Below, piece by piece: positions 27,707-36,949 of a stretch of DNA of 64,000 nt. The stretch comes from an uncultured Gammaproteobacteria bacterium (lineage in GTDB: Bacteria; Patescibacteriota; Microgenomatia; Levybacterales; GWA1-39-11), in assembly GCA_964450885.1 (NCBI GenBank), contig CAYVFE010000001.1, positions 1,278-65,277 on the forward strand, read 5' to 3'. The number at the start of each line of letters is the position of its first letter. The first letter of the stretch is position 1. A program made the position numbers and the translations under genes. Under the pieces are notes generated by a model. The model worked only from the letters and a program-made list of their open reading frames with translations. It was not told the DNA's origin and ran no database searches.

Positions 27707-29875
27707 TTAAGGTGATACTTTTCTCCCGTACCTTTCTTTCGAAAGACGAACGATTGTTTCTCTGTTGTCATTTTTAAGCGATGGCGGTGGAAGAGTTTTT
27801 GCAGGGAAAGGAGAAGAGCTCATTCCATCTATCGAAAGCTTCAGGACGATTTCATGCTTTCCCAGAGACACAAGATCGTTTTGAGTATAAATTCCGGCAT
27901 ATTCCTGCTGCAAGAGCGCTGCATCCCCTGCTCCGGTCACAAAGCTTACAAGCGTTCCTGCATTCCCGAAAATCGCCTTCTGGATAGTTATATCCAGTTG
28001 ATCTATATATTGATTCGCAAGCGTTATCGCGAGCCTGTATTTTCTAGCCTCAGAAAGAATCTTTATGAAGGAGCTTGTCGCAAAATTCTGGAACTCATCG
28101 ACATATAGGAAAAAATCCTGCCTATCCTCTTCCTTCATAAAAGCCCTATTCATTGCAGCAAGTTGAATCTGGGTTATTATCATGGCACCTAGAAGTGACG
28201 CGTTATCCTCCCCCAGTTTTCCCTGCGAAAGGTTGAGAAGAAGAATTTTTTTAGTATTCATTATCTCTTCAAGATCGATCGTTGATTTGGGACTACCGAT
28301 GATATTTCTTATCATCTTACTCGATACGAATTGTCCTATTTTATTCTGAATTGGAGAAATAGCCTCGACCCTTAGCTTATCGGTCATCTTATCGAATTCA
28401 TTGTCCCAGAAGTTTCTTATGACAGGATCTGTTATCTGAGGTACTACTTTATTTCTATAATCTCTCTCAGAAAGAATCCTCAGGGCATCAATAAGAGTCG
28501 TTCCTTCTATCTCAAGGAGTGAAAAGATAGTATTTCGTAGTATGTACTCAAGTCTTGGTCCCCACGAATCTGCATATATTTTTGCAAAAATTCCGACTAT
28601 TCCCGAGGCTATGAGATCCTTATGCTGCTTATTTTTGATCTCCAGCACATTTAAAGAAAATGGCCTTTCGGTATCAAATGGCTCAAGGTAAACAACGTCA
28701 TTGAGTCTTCTTTTAGGAATGTAGTCCAGAATCTGCTCGGTCAGATCTCCGTGTGGATCGATAATTCCGATTCCCCTGTCTTTTCTGATGTCATCTATCG
28801 CCATGTTGGCAATAAGAGTCGATTTTCCTGCACCGGTCTTTCCCATGATGTATACGTGTTTTCGTCTATCTTCATTTTTTACTCCAAAAATAGTATTGTT
28901 GTTTTTGAACTCAGTCTGAGCGAAAAAATTAACTTGTCTTTTCTCATCTTCAGAAAGGTTGAATGCTGTAGGCAAATTCTCAGGAGGCTCTCCTTTCAAT
29001 GTCTTACCCCACGATATGTTCTTTATTCCAGCAAGAAGCAGTCCTGGTGGGTGCCACAATGTAGCAAGTTCCTGCGAGTTGAATATCTGATAACGCCTTT
29101 CAAACGTTGGACTTTCACGCTTGGTGAGCCTATTTAGAAACGTTCCTTTGCGGATAAGGGGCTTTTTCAACACCAAATGATTTCCCTCCCCGAGGGAAAA
29201 TGTCCCAAAAGTTCCAGCGAGGTCATGGAGTTGTGGCAACGGAGACATACTATCTGAACTGACTGCAAGCCGTATTATCGCTTTACCACCTTGAAACGAA
29301 GCTTTTTTTACCATTTGCGCTTTTGGCAAGGCATATTCCACGGAAGGCCCCTCTTCCCCGCTACCGCCTTTTTTTACCTCGGTTGTCTGACGGACAATAC
29401 TTGATTGCCAAGGAAAGGATGCGGGGGTAACCAGAATCTGAACCGCCATATTGATATCCTCCGACTGTTTTGCCATAAATCCGACCAGTGAAGTTAAAGG
29501 ATCTATAGAAAAATCAGCATAAGTCTTAAGCGGCAAATAATATCTCTCATTTAGCTTCATCTCACCAATCGCTATGTTTTTTGCTGATAAAATATTTTTT
29601 AAAGGATCATCTGTTGAGCTGATAAAGGACACTGGATAAGAAGATGATATAAGGCTTGTCATATACTGCGCGCTTTGCGAGGGTACGGTTACATAAAAAT
29701 GGATAGTCTTGTTGATAAGAAATAGCTCAAATGAAAAAACCGGAGGGGTTTTGAACATTCTCTTAAAAAGCGACACATGCGATGAAAGAAGGGAAGAAAA
29801 TATCTGGGTTGCAGACTCTATCGACGTCTCGTCATCCTTTGCATTCCTGATATGAAGGTGAGTCAAATTTTGCAT
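27707..29875 (-). CDS. TraD/VirD4/HerA-like ATPase
   Basis: GKTGAGKS, IIDPHGD, YVDEFQNF, SEARKY, ANQY. Confidence 0.85.
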   Translation of the reverse strand: MQNLTHLHIRNAKDDETSIESATQIFSSLLSSHVSLFKRMFKTPPVFSFELFLINKTIHFYVTVPSQSAQYMTSLISSSYPVSFISSTDDPLKNILSAKNIAIGEMKLNERYYLPLKTYADFSIDPLTSLVGFMAKQSEDINMAVQILVTPASFPWQSSIVRQTTEVKKGGSGEEGPSVEYALPKAQMVKKASFQGGKAIIRLAVSSDSMSPLPQLHDLAGTFGTFSLGEGNHLVLKKPLIRKGTFLNRLTKRESPTFERRYQIFNSQELATLWHPPGLLLAGIKNISWGKTLKGEPPENLPTAFNLSEDEKRQVNFFAQTEFKNNNTIFGVKNEDRRKHVYIMGKTGAGKSTLIANMAIDDIRKDRGIGIIDPHGDLTEQILDYIPKRRLNDVVYLEPFDTERPFSLNVLEIKNKQHKDLIASGIVGIFAKIYADSWGPRLEYILRNTIFSLLEIEGTTLIDALRILSERDYRNKVVPQITDPVIRNFWDNEFDKMTDKLRVEAISPIQNKIGQFVSSKMIRNIIGSPKSTIDLEEIMNTKKILLLNLSQGKLGEDNASLLGAMIITQIQLAAMNRAFMKEEDRQDFFLYVDEFQNFATSSFIKILSEARKYRLAITLANQYIDQLDITIQKAIFGNAGTLVSFVTGAGDAALLQQEYAGIYTQNDLVSLGKHEIVLKLSIDGMSSSPFPAKTLPPPSLKNDNRETIVRLSKERYGRKVSP

Positions 29876-29908
29876 ACAATACTTCTAGTATATCAGCTGC
29901 AGGAGGTT

Positions 29909-31795
29909 TTAAAAGCTTTTCGAGGAGGCAATCTTTTTAGGTGCTGTCTTTTTCATTTCGCCTTGCATAAGTTTTACGAATTCGTCAGAATCGAGGCTTT
30001 CTTTCTTAAGTAACGCCTGCGCGACAGCATCCAGACTTTTCCTGTTTTTAGAAAGCGCACTGACAGCTCTTTTCATCCCCTCGTCGAGGATCCTCATCAC
30101 TTCACTATCTATCTTTCCATGCATACTCTCTGAAATCTTTGATGAATCACCATACATAGATACCGACTTCTCGACGTCAAGATTTATGGCTCCTAGATTA
30201 CTCATACCGTATTCGATTACCATAGCGCGTGCAAGACTTGTTGCCTTTTCTATATCATCTGCAGCACCTGTTGTTATGTCATTTTTCGTAAACACCATCT
30301 CCTCAGCAGCACGCCCTCCGAGCATTGTCGCTATCTGCTCAAGAAGTCTAGTTTTTGTCTCGTGCACTCTATCCTGACTTGGGGGAATAAGAGTATGACC
30401 CAGACTCATTCCACGGCCTACAATGCTGATTCTATGTACTGGATCGGCATTTGGCATCGCGTATGACACGATTGCGTGCCCCGACTCATGGTAGGCAGTA
30501 ATTTTCTTGTCCTGATCCGACTGCATTCTCTTTTTTTGAGGGCCCATCTTAACCTTTGTAGCAGCCTCTTCAAGATCTTTTTCATCGATATCGTTCTTGC
30601 TGTGTCTGGCCGCAAGAATCGCGGACTCATTCAACATATTCTCCAAATCTGCCCCAGTAAATCCAACTGTACGTTTTGCAACTGCCTCCCAATTCACGGA
30701 CTTTTTAAAAGGTTTTCCTTTAGAATGAATCTTTATGATTTCACGTCTTCCCTCTATATCCGGATAGCCCACAACAATACGCCTGTCAAATCTTCCAGGG
30801 CGCACCAGCGCGCTATCCAAAATATCAGGCCTATTCGTTGCGGCAATCACCACGATCTGCTCACGTGGAGTGAATCCGTCCATCTCAACTAGTATCTGGT
30901 TTAGTGTCTGCTCCCTCTCATCATGCCCCCCCATCATACTGCCTCCACGGGTACGCCCTATCGCATCGATTTCATCTATAAAGATAATAGCTGGCTGGCT
31001 TTTTTTTGCGTTATTGAACAGGTCACGGACACGAGCGGCTCCTACTCCAACAAGCATTTCCATAAATTCACTACCTGCTATCGAGAAAAACGGGACTTTC
31101 GCCTCCCCAGCGACAGCGCGAGCAAGGAGCGTCTTTCCGGTTCCTGCAGGACCGACCAAAAGTACCCCTTTGGGAGTACGTGCCCCGAACTTATTATATT
31201 TTTCAGGGTGTTTTAGAAAATCCACAACCTCTGACATCTCCTCTTTAGCTTCATCAGCCCCAGCAACGTCGTTAAATGTTACCTTTGGAAAAACTTTATT
31301 GAATGCTTTCGCTTTGCTGCCTCCAAACGAAAATATATTTTCCTGTGAACCCTTCGCCTGTCTAAAAACAAAATAGAAAAACCCGATGATTATCAGTATC
31401 GGTAGAAAAGCGGTAAGAACCCCTACAGCCGTATTTATTCCGGAATTATCTTTGATAGTGATTTTTGTCTCTGAAGGAGAAACACCAGCATTCTGCAAAA
31501 CCTCATAAAGAGATGCTCCGGGTTCTTTATTGCTTGCAGCTTCTTTTCCGTCGTTATACTTTACCTCCAAAGAATTGTCACTTACAATTATTTCCTCTAC
31601 TTTACCTTCATTCACATCAGAAATAACCCTTGAAAGCGGAATATTTTCCTTCGCACCCTCTCCACTGATATCAGAAAATCCGAGAGTTATTATGAGTAGA
31701 AAGATAAAAAGTGCTCCATATAATATGAAGTCTTTCCATCCAAGCCTAAAACCGAGCTTGCTTTTCTTTTTAGAGTTTTTTGATTGCAATTTCAT
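29909..31795 (-). CDS. ftsH: ATP-dependent zinc metalloprotease FtsH
   Basis: 2 TM, GPAGTGKT, FIDEID, RPGRFDR, HESGH. Confidence 0.96.
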   Translation of the reverse strand: MKLQSKNSKKKSKLGFRLGWKDFILYGALFIFLLIITLGFSDISGEGAKENIPLSRVISDVNEGKVEEIIVSDNSLEVKYNDGKEAASNKEPGASLYEVLQNAGVSPSETKITIKDNSGINTAVGVLTAFLPILIIIGFFYFVFRQAKGSQENIFSFGGSKAKAFNKVFPKVTFNDVAGADEAKEEMSEVVDFLKHPEKYNKFGARTPKGVLLVGPAGTGKTLLARAVAGEAKVPFFSIAGSEFMEMLVGVGAARVRDLFNNAKKSQPAIIFIDEIDAIGRTRGGSMMGGHDEREQTLNQILVEMDGFTPREQIVVIAATNRPDILDSALVRPGRFDRRIVVGYPDIEGRREIIKIHSKGKPFKKSVNWEAVAKRTVGFTGADLENMLNESAILAARHSKNDIDEKDLEEAATKVKMGPQKKRMQSDQDKKITAYHESGHAIVSYAMPNADPVHRISIVGRGMSLGHTLIPPSQDRVHETKTRLLEQIATMLGGRAAEEMVFTKNDITTGAADDIEKATSLARAMVIEYGMSNLGAINLDVEKSVSMYGDSSKISESMHGKIDSEVMRILDEGMKRAVSALSKNRKSLDAVAQALLKKESLDSDEFVKLMQGEMKKTAPKKIASSKSF

Positions 31796-31869
31796 TAAAT
31801 TATTTGGGAAGAGCAGGAACTCTACTTCAAAATGTAGAAAGGTGATTATAACACATATGAACCTGATTT

Positions 31870-32118
31870 TTAAGCTTTCTTGACGGGAACTGGATCAAAT
31901 CCTCCTTTTGAAAAAGGATGACATCGCAAAATCCTTTTCGTCCCCAGATATAATCCTTTAAAGACGCCAAATCTGTTGATGCTTCCTATCATATAGTCCG
32001 AACATGTCGGGCTATACCGACACGACACCTCAGTCAGCGACAGCGCCTTCAATGCTGGAAGCTCAAATACTTCGGCTTTCTGATAGATTTTAATAAGCGA
32101 AATTATTATTTTTTTCAT
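31870..32118 (-). CDS. yidD: Membrane protein insertion efficiency factor
   Basis: CRYSPTCSDY, RILRCHPF, GGFDPVP. Confidence 0.9.
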   Translation of the reverse strand: MKKIIISLIKIYQKAEVFELPALKALSLTEVSCRYSPTCSDYMIGSINRFGVFKGLYLGTKRILRCHPFSKGGFDPVPVKKA

Positions 32119-32393
32119 GCTGTTTCACGTTTTACCATGTCTGTAAATTTTTCAACTATCTCCTCTTCTTTGACTAACACATTTTTTACCTGGGAAAAAT
32201 ATGATCCCTTCCTGACGTGCTCTAAAAGAGCTTCCAGTTTTTCTTCCTCACCCTGAAGTATCGCCTCCACACGACCGTCTTTGAGATTTCTTACCCACCC
32301 AGTAATCCCCATCTTCTTTGCTTTTCTTCTCACGAAGACGCGGAATCCTACACCCTGCACAAAACCTGAAATATATAAATGGATCTGTTTCAT
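32115..32393 (-). CDS. acyP: Acylphosphatase
   Basis: GFVQGVGFR, GWVRNLKDGRVE. Confidence 0.92.
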   Translation of the reverse strand: MKQIHLYISGFVQGVGFRVFVRRKAKKMGITGWVRNLKDGRVEAILQGEEEKLEALLEHVRKGSYFSQVKNVLVKEEEIVEKFTDMVKRETA

Positions 32394-32405
32394 AAATTGA
32401 AGTTT

Positions 32406-33383
32406 TTAGGCAAGGCCCATCTTTTCCCTTACTTTCTTAACTGTTTGCCTTGCGACATCTCTTGCTTTTTCATTTCCTTCGGAAATTATTCTATCAACGA
32501 GTTCTTGATTGTCCTCAAACTCTTTTCTCTTATCCTGAATGGGTTTTAGTTCGCTAAATATAGCCTCAGAAAGGTCTCTTTTGATATCACCATATCTTAC
32601 TCCTTCGTTAAGATACATTGTCTGGAGTTTTTCTCGTTTTTCTTTTCCTTCAAAGAGCTCAACGAATTCAAAAAGACTTTTTACTCCCCCTAATATCTCG
32701 TTGCCTTTCCCGCTATCAGTAGGAATTTTGGCAACCTTTGAACTTATTTCTTCCAAATTATCTGTCAGATTTATAAAAGAACCTTCTACACTTTTACTCA
32801 TCTTCCCCTCACCAGTAAGAGATGGGACATACTCACCTTGAGTTTTAAATCGCTGTGGCTCCGGAAAATCAGTACCATAGTCGCTATTAAATCGTCTAAC
32901 GATCTCTCTTGCTACTTCTAGATGCGGCTCCTGATCGATTCCGACAGGCACGAGTCCTGCTTTATAGATCAAAATGTCTGCTGCCATAAGCGTCGGGTAA
33001 TTAAGGAGCGCAAGTGTCGCATGTTCAGGGTATTGCTTCACCTTATCCTTGAATGTAGGCAGATGCTGCATCTTCGCGATTGTCGTGACAGATGATAGAT
33101 AGAATGCGAGCTCCAAGTGCTCATTTACCTCACTTTGCTGAAAAATAACAGATTTTTGTGGATCTAGTCCTGCCGCGAGATAATCCAGAATTACCTCTCG
33201 TCTGTTTTTTCTCAATTCCTCAACACTATAGGGAGTTGTAATAGTATGAACATCCGCAACCATATAAAATGTCTCGTACTCTTCGTTGTTTTGGAGTTCA
33301 AGCATACCTTTTACAGCTCCCAAATAGTTTCCTAAATGAAGTCTTCCTGTTGCTCTTATTCCTGATAAAACTCTCTTTTTCAT
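32406..33383 (-). CDS. trpS: Tryptophan--tRNA ligase
   Basis: HLGNYLG, YPTLMAADIL, VGIDQ, KMSKS. Confidence 0.95.
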   Translation of the reverse strand: MKKRVLSGIRATGRLHLGNYLGAVKGMLELQNNEEYETFYMVADVHTITTPYSVEELRKNRREVILDYLAAGLDPQKSVIFQQSEVNEHLELAFYLSSVTTIAKMQHLPTFKDKVKQYPEHATLALLNYPTLMAADILIYKAGLVPVGIDQEPHLEVAREIVRRFNSDYGTDFPEPQRFKTQGEYVPSLTGEGKMSKSVEGSFINLTDNLEEISSKVAKIPTDSGKGNEILGGVKSLFEFVELFEGKEKREKLQTMYLNEGVRYGDIKRDLSEAIFSELKPIQDKRKEFEDNQELVDRIISEGNEKARDVARQTVKKVREKMGLA

Positions 33384-33424
33384 AGTTATATTGTACTATT
33401 CTAAACTGAGATGGGCAATTTTAA

Positions 33425-33646
33425 CTATTCACCCAACTCCAGTTCGATGTTTGGCTCAAGATCTCCACTTCTTACTGGAAAATCTCCAGCCGCATCCATC
33501 ATAAAACCAACGTACGTAATTCCCGACATCTCAGGCTTGCCAAAAACAGTATTTGACTCAACTTTCCCGTCCCGTGCTGCGACAAACGGGTGTCCTAATT
33601 CTGTCGTTCCATATATGGCTTCAATGGGTCCGTATTTTTTTTCCAT
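33425..33646 (-). CDS. Unknown 73-aa protein downstream of Trp T-box
   Basis: SD GAGAGGAGGTGA 6 nt before ATG, right after the T-box terminator. Confidence 0.7.
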   Translation of the reverse strand: MEKKYGPIEAIYGTTELGHPFVAARDGKVESNTVFGKPEMSGITYVGFMMDAAGDFPVRSGDLEPNIELELGE

Positions 33647-33668
33647 ATTTTTTCACCTCCTCTCAATT

Positions 33669-33714
33669 AAAAAACCCTTGCAAAACTCCAATATAAATTG
33701 GAATCTTACAAGGG
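33669..33714 (-). terminator. T-box attenuator terminator
   Basis: 18-bp stem CCCTTGTAAGATTCCAAT/ATTGGAGTTTTGCAAGGG, loop TTAT, then TTTTTT. Confidence 0.9.
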
Positions 33715-33903
33715 CCTTAAAGGATCGGCGGTGCCACCTTGCTTTACCTACAAAAAATGCTCCCTCTTGGGAGCACGTCATAGATCTTATTCATGACGAG
33801 CTCCGGATTTCTCCGACATTCGTTACGGTCTTTTACGGTTTCGTCTCCGTGGGTGATTTAGACCCCGGCTCCCTGGTTCCATCCCTCCAGATCAAAGCTT
33901 TAT
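33669..33903 (-). ncRNA. T-box riboswitch (probably tRNA-Trp), ultrashort Stem I
   Basis: Antiterminator GCAAGG-TGGCACC-GCC...GGC-CCTTGT; Stem I GCTTTGATCTGG-AGGGATGGAA-CCAGGGAGC; Stem III TGCTCCC/GGGAGCA. Confidence 0.88.
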
Positions 33904-33909
33904 GGCAAA

Positions 33910-33938
33910 ATTATAATTAAGGTTATCTAATTTGTCAA
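33910..33938 (-). promoter_or_regulatory. Consensus sigma70 promoter of T-box leader (TTGACA-17-TATAAT)
   Basis: tgtcaa 33933-33938, attata 33910-33915. Confidence 0.88.
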
Positions 33939-35318
33939 ACCAAAAACCTCTTCTTTGAACTTTTCTCCACGGTCTTTATAGTTTTTAAACATATCAAATG
34001 ACGCGCAGGCGGGAGAAAGAAGAACCACATCGCCAACTTCGGCGATTTTTGAGGCTTCCTTTATGATTTCTTCCATGCTGGAACAGTTCTCTATAATCTC
34101 TATCGAATCACTATTTATATCCTCTTTTATCCTCTTCCACTCTTCTCCTATCCCGATGATTGCTTTTACCGATGAAGAATTTGAAATAACCTCACCTAAT
34201 TCTGAAAAGTTGCTATTCTTACTCGATCCACCGAGTATAAGTATTTTGGGATTGTCAAAGCTTTCGATTGCAGCAATCGTCGTCTCTGGGGTCGTTGAGA
34301 ATGAGTCATCATAGTACCTAACTCCACGGACAGTTGCGGCAAGTTCGATCCTATGAGAAAGACCCTTAAAGGACTTAAGAACTGGGATAATAGCGCGCAT
34401 GTCAGCACCTGCCAGAAGAGAGGCTATGACCGCAGCAGCAGCGTTCTCCCAATTATGCTTTCCTGGAAGCAGAAGATTCTCCATGTCAAAAATCTCCTTG
34501 GTGTTCCCACTCATCTTGAGCATCATTTTTCCGTCTTTCACAAAACATCCTTGGTCAAAAACCTCATTCTCGCGGCTCACCTTGTAGGTAGCTGCCTCAC
34601 CTTCAACATCTGATTCGCTGCTTGCGGGATAGTCTTGATTTACTATCGCAAAGTCTTGTGGACCCTGAAATCTGAATATATTCCTCTTTGCATCTATGTA
34701 TTCATAAACATCCTTGTGGTAATCGAGATGCTCGTTTGTCGTCATAAGCATCACTGCAATATGGGGACTTTTATGCAGATCCTGTAGTTGAAAACTCGAC
34801 ATCTCCAAAACTACCCATGAATCCTGATCAAGATTGTCGATGAAGGAAAATGGTGATTCGCCTATGTTTCCGCCCAGATAGACGTCTTCTCCATTCTCCT
34901 TTAGGATCTCGTAGATAAGGCTAGATGTGGTTCCCTTTCCTTTTGTACCTGTCACGCCAATTATCTTTTTCGTGGGGGTAAGATCGAAAAAGAGCTTCGT
35001 TGCGGATGTGATTGTTCTGTCTTTTTTTCTCGCATCCTCCAAAAATGGCTCTGACAATCTTATTCCTGGAGATCTGATAATTATGTCAAATGAAGAAATC
35101 TCATCTTGGCTATTTGTATATAAGGCACCTTTCTTTTCGACTTGCTCAAATCCTTCCAAATCGCTTTTATTTTTTCTATCATACACGCTAACTTCTATTC
35201 CCTTATCTAAAAGATAACTTGCTATGCTTTTCCCCTCAACGCCAAACCCTAGAACCACTATCCTTTTGTTCTTTAGCTGCTCTATCGATTTTATTCCTAG
35301 TTCTTGTGCGCTAATCAT
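33927..35318 (-). CDS. murD: UDP-N-acetylmuramoyl-L-alanine--D-glutamate ligase
   Basis: GVTGTKGKGTT, GGNIG, EMSSFQL, HLDYH, LSPACASFD. Confidence 0.93.
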   Translation of the reverse strand: MISAQELGIKSIEQLKNKRIVVLGFGVEGKSIASYLLDKGIEVSVYDRKNKSDLEGFEQVEKKGALYTNSQDEISSFDIIIRSPGIRLSEPFLEDARKKDRTITSATKLFFDLTPTKKIIGVTGTKGKGTTSSLIYEILKENGEDVYLGGNIGESPFSFIDNLDQDSWVVLEMSSFQLQDLHKSPHIAVMLMTTNEHLDYHKDVYEYIDAKRNIFRFQGPQDFAIVNQDYPASSESDVEGEAATYKVSRENEVFDQGCFVKDGKMMLKMSGNTKEIFDMENLLLPGKHNWENAAAAVIASLLAGADMRAIIPVLKSFKGLSHRIELAATVRGVRYYDDSFSTTPETTIAAIESFDNPKILILGGSSKNSNFSELGEVISNSSSVKAIIGIGEEWKRIKEDINSDSIEIIENCSSMEEIIKEASKIAEVGDVVLLSPACASFDMFKNYKDRGEKFKEEVFGLTN

Positions 35319-36102
35319 AATCTACCTTATCTACATTTTTAATATTAAATCCCAAAAGTTCCTCAGCTACATCTTTAAACATTGCAGCCTCACCTGTGGT
35401 GAAGTAATGATCTTCATCTTTTTTGTCGGAAAGCATATTCTCAAGCCTCAAGACTTCTTTAGTACGCCTACTGACAGCTCCTCCCGAATCCAGTAGCACT
35501 ACGCCTCCACCTACTATTTTTTGGATCTTATCACGCAGGAATGGATAATGAGTACAACCAAGCGCGATAGTATCAACTCCCTTTTTTACCAATTCCGGCA
35601 ATATCCGATTCAGGACCTCATCTATTTCAGGATTGTCTAAATTGCCTTTCTCGACCAACTGCTCAAGGTTACTGCCACCAACCAGCTCGACATCAAGATC
35701 CGGAGCGAATCTTTCGACCAAATCCCTCAAATATTCGCTTTTTGCGGTCGCAGGAGTTGAAAAAACTGCCGTTTTTTTTGTTTTAGTATATTTTTGAAGC
35801 TGCTTTATCACCGGAACCGTACCGATTATGGGAAAATCATATTTTTTTCGCATCTCTTCTATTCCATAGACAGTTGCCGTGTTGCATGCAAGAACTACTG
35901 CTTTTACATTCTTTGACTTAAAAAAGTCCAAAGCTGCAGTCAAAAGCTCTATAATCTGCTCTTTAGTCTTTCCCCCATAGGGGACATTCTTTTGATCCCC
36001 GAGAAACACAAAGCTCTCGTCAGGAAGTTCTTTAAATAACTCTCTGAGAATAGAGAGCCCTCCTACTCCTGAGTCAAATACGCCAATCGGTTTGTTATTC
36101 AT
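35311..36102 (-). CDS. murI: Glutamate racemase
   Basis: GVFDSGVGG, ACNTA, LGCTHYP; start moved to MNNKP to avoid the tRNA. Confidence 0.95.
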   Translation of the reverse strand: MNNKPIGVFDSGVGGLSILRELFKELPDESFVFLGDQKNVPYGGKTKEQIIELLTAALDFFKSKNVKAVVLACNTATVYGIEEMRKKYDFPIIGTVPVIKQLQKYTKTKKTAVFSTPATAKSEYLRDLVERFAPDLDVELVGGSNLEQLVEKGNLDNPEIDEVLNRILPELVKKGVDTIALGCTHYPFLRDKIQKIVGGGVVLLDSGGAVSRRTKEVLRLENMLSDKKDEDHYFTTGEAAMFKDVAEELLGFNIKNVDKVDYD

Positions 36103-36128
36103 GAAGCTATTACTCGCTCGCTTTTTAG

Positions 36129-36201
36129 TAGCTGGAGTGAGATTTGAACTCACGACCTTAGCCTTATGAAGACTCTGCTCTAACCACTGAGCTACCCAGC
36201 C
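36129..36201 (-). tRNA. tRNA-Met(CAT), probably elongator
   Basis: Cloverleaf GGCTGGG..GCTC..TT-CAT-AA..GTGAGTTCAAATCTCAC..TCCAGCT-A; G2-C71/C3-G70; no encoded CCA. Confidence 0.88.
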
Positions 36202-36238
36202 ATACCAGGCCCTTATTTTAACATTTTAAGCTAGAGAA

Positions 36239-36769
36239 TTAAACAAAATAGAGCTTTTTATTCATAAATGGTATCAGGGCGAGGATTAAGGCGTGTTCGT
36301 AGTATTTTGACCTATCTATAAGGTTTTTAGTTAAAAATCCCACCGTGCCCCCTTTTTTCTTCGAATTCGAGGCTTTAAATACTATATCAGTCGCCTCCCC
36401 CAGTTCTATTCCACTTTCGATAAGACGGCTTATTTCTGCCGGAAGTATAAATATGCCAGTCTTTGATTTTCCGAGGATTCCGTTGACATTTCTGATACTT
36501 ATCCAAGCAAAAGAATCATAAATATCTCCCTTTTTTTCCACACCTCCCTCAATTCCGACAAAATAATCACCGTTCATACTCTTTGCAGCCGCAAGGCTCC
36601 TATTTTCTGCACCCTTTAATGTCTCTTTATCAGTCATGGGCTGAGGAGATACGCCCGAATCAACATTAAGTGATTTGAATACCAATTTTCTACCGCGAAA
36701 AACCTTACCAAATGCACTTTTTACTGCTTTTACTTTGGCTGGATTTTCTGAGGCTATTACTATTTTCAC
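36239..36769 (-). CDS. yjjX: Non-canonical purine NTPase (inosine/xanthosine triphosphatase)
   Basis: ASENPAK, SGVSPQP, GIEGG, ELG, GFLT. Confidence 0.88.
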   Translation of the reverse strand: MKIVIASENPAKVKAVKSAFGKVFRGRKLVFKSLNVDSGVSPQPMTDKETLKGAENRSLAAAKSMNGDYFVGIEGGVEKKGDIYDSFAWISIRNVNGILGKSKTGIFILPAEISRLIESGIELGEATDIVFKASNSKKKGGTVGFLTKNLIDRSKYYEHALILALIPFMNKKLYFV

Positions 36770-36861
36770 AACTAAATTATATTACTTACTCGCAAAATTG
36801 TAGCTATTAATTTATAATTCACATTAATTCTCTAGTAAAATTTCACTAGAAATTTTAAAGA

Positions 36862-36945
36862 GGAGGAGTCGGATAGTGGCCCATTCCACATGCTTGGAAA
36901 GTATGCGTGCGCAAGCACTCGCGAGTTCGAATCTCGCCTCCTCCG
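36862..36945 (+). tRNA. tRNA-Ser(GGA)
   Basis: GGAGGAG/CTCCTCC acceptor, CATGC-TTGGAAA-GTATG, long variable arm, TTCGAAT. Confidence 0.93.
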
Positions 36946-36949
36946 CAAG

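Noticed and set aside
33411-33920. 169-aa + strand ORF
   Set aside because: Antisense shadow of the T-box leader and the 73-aa ORF; no recognisable motif.
36103-36153. N-terminal extension of murI in the ORF track
   Set aside because: Overlaps tRNA-Met; homology begins at MNNKPIGVFDSG.
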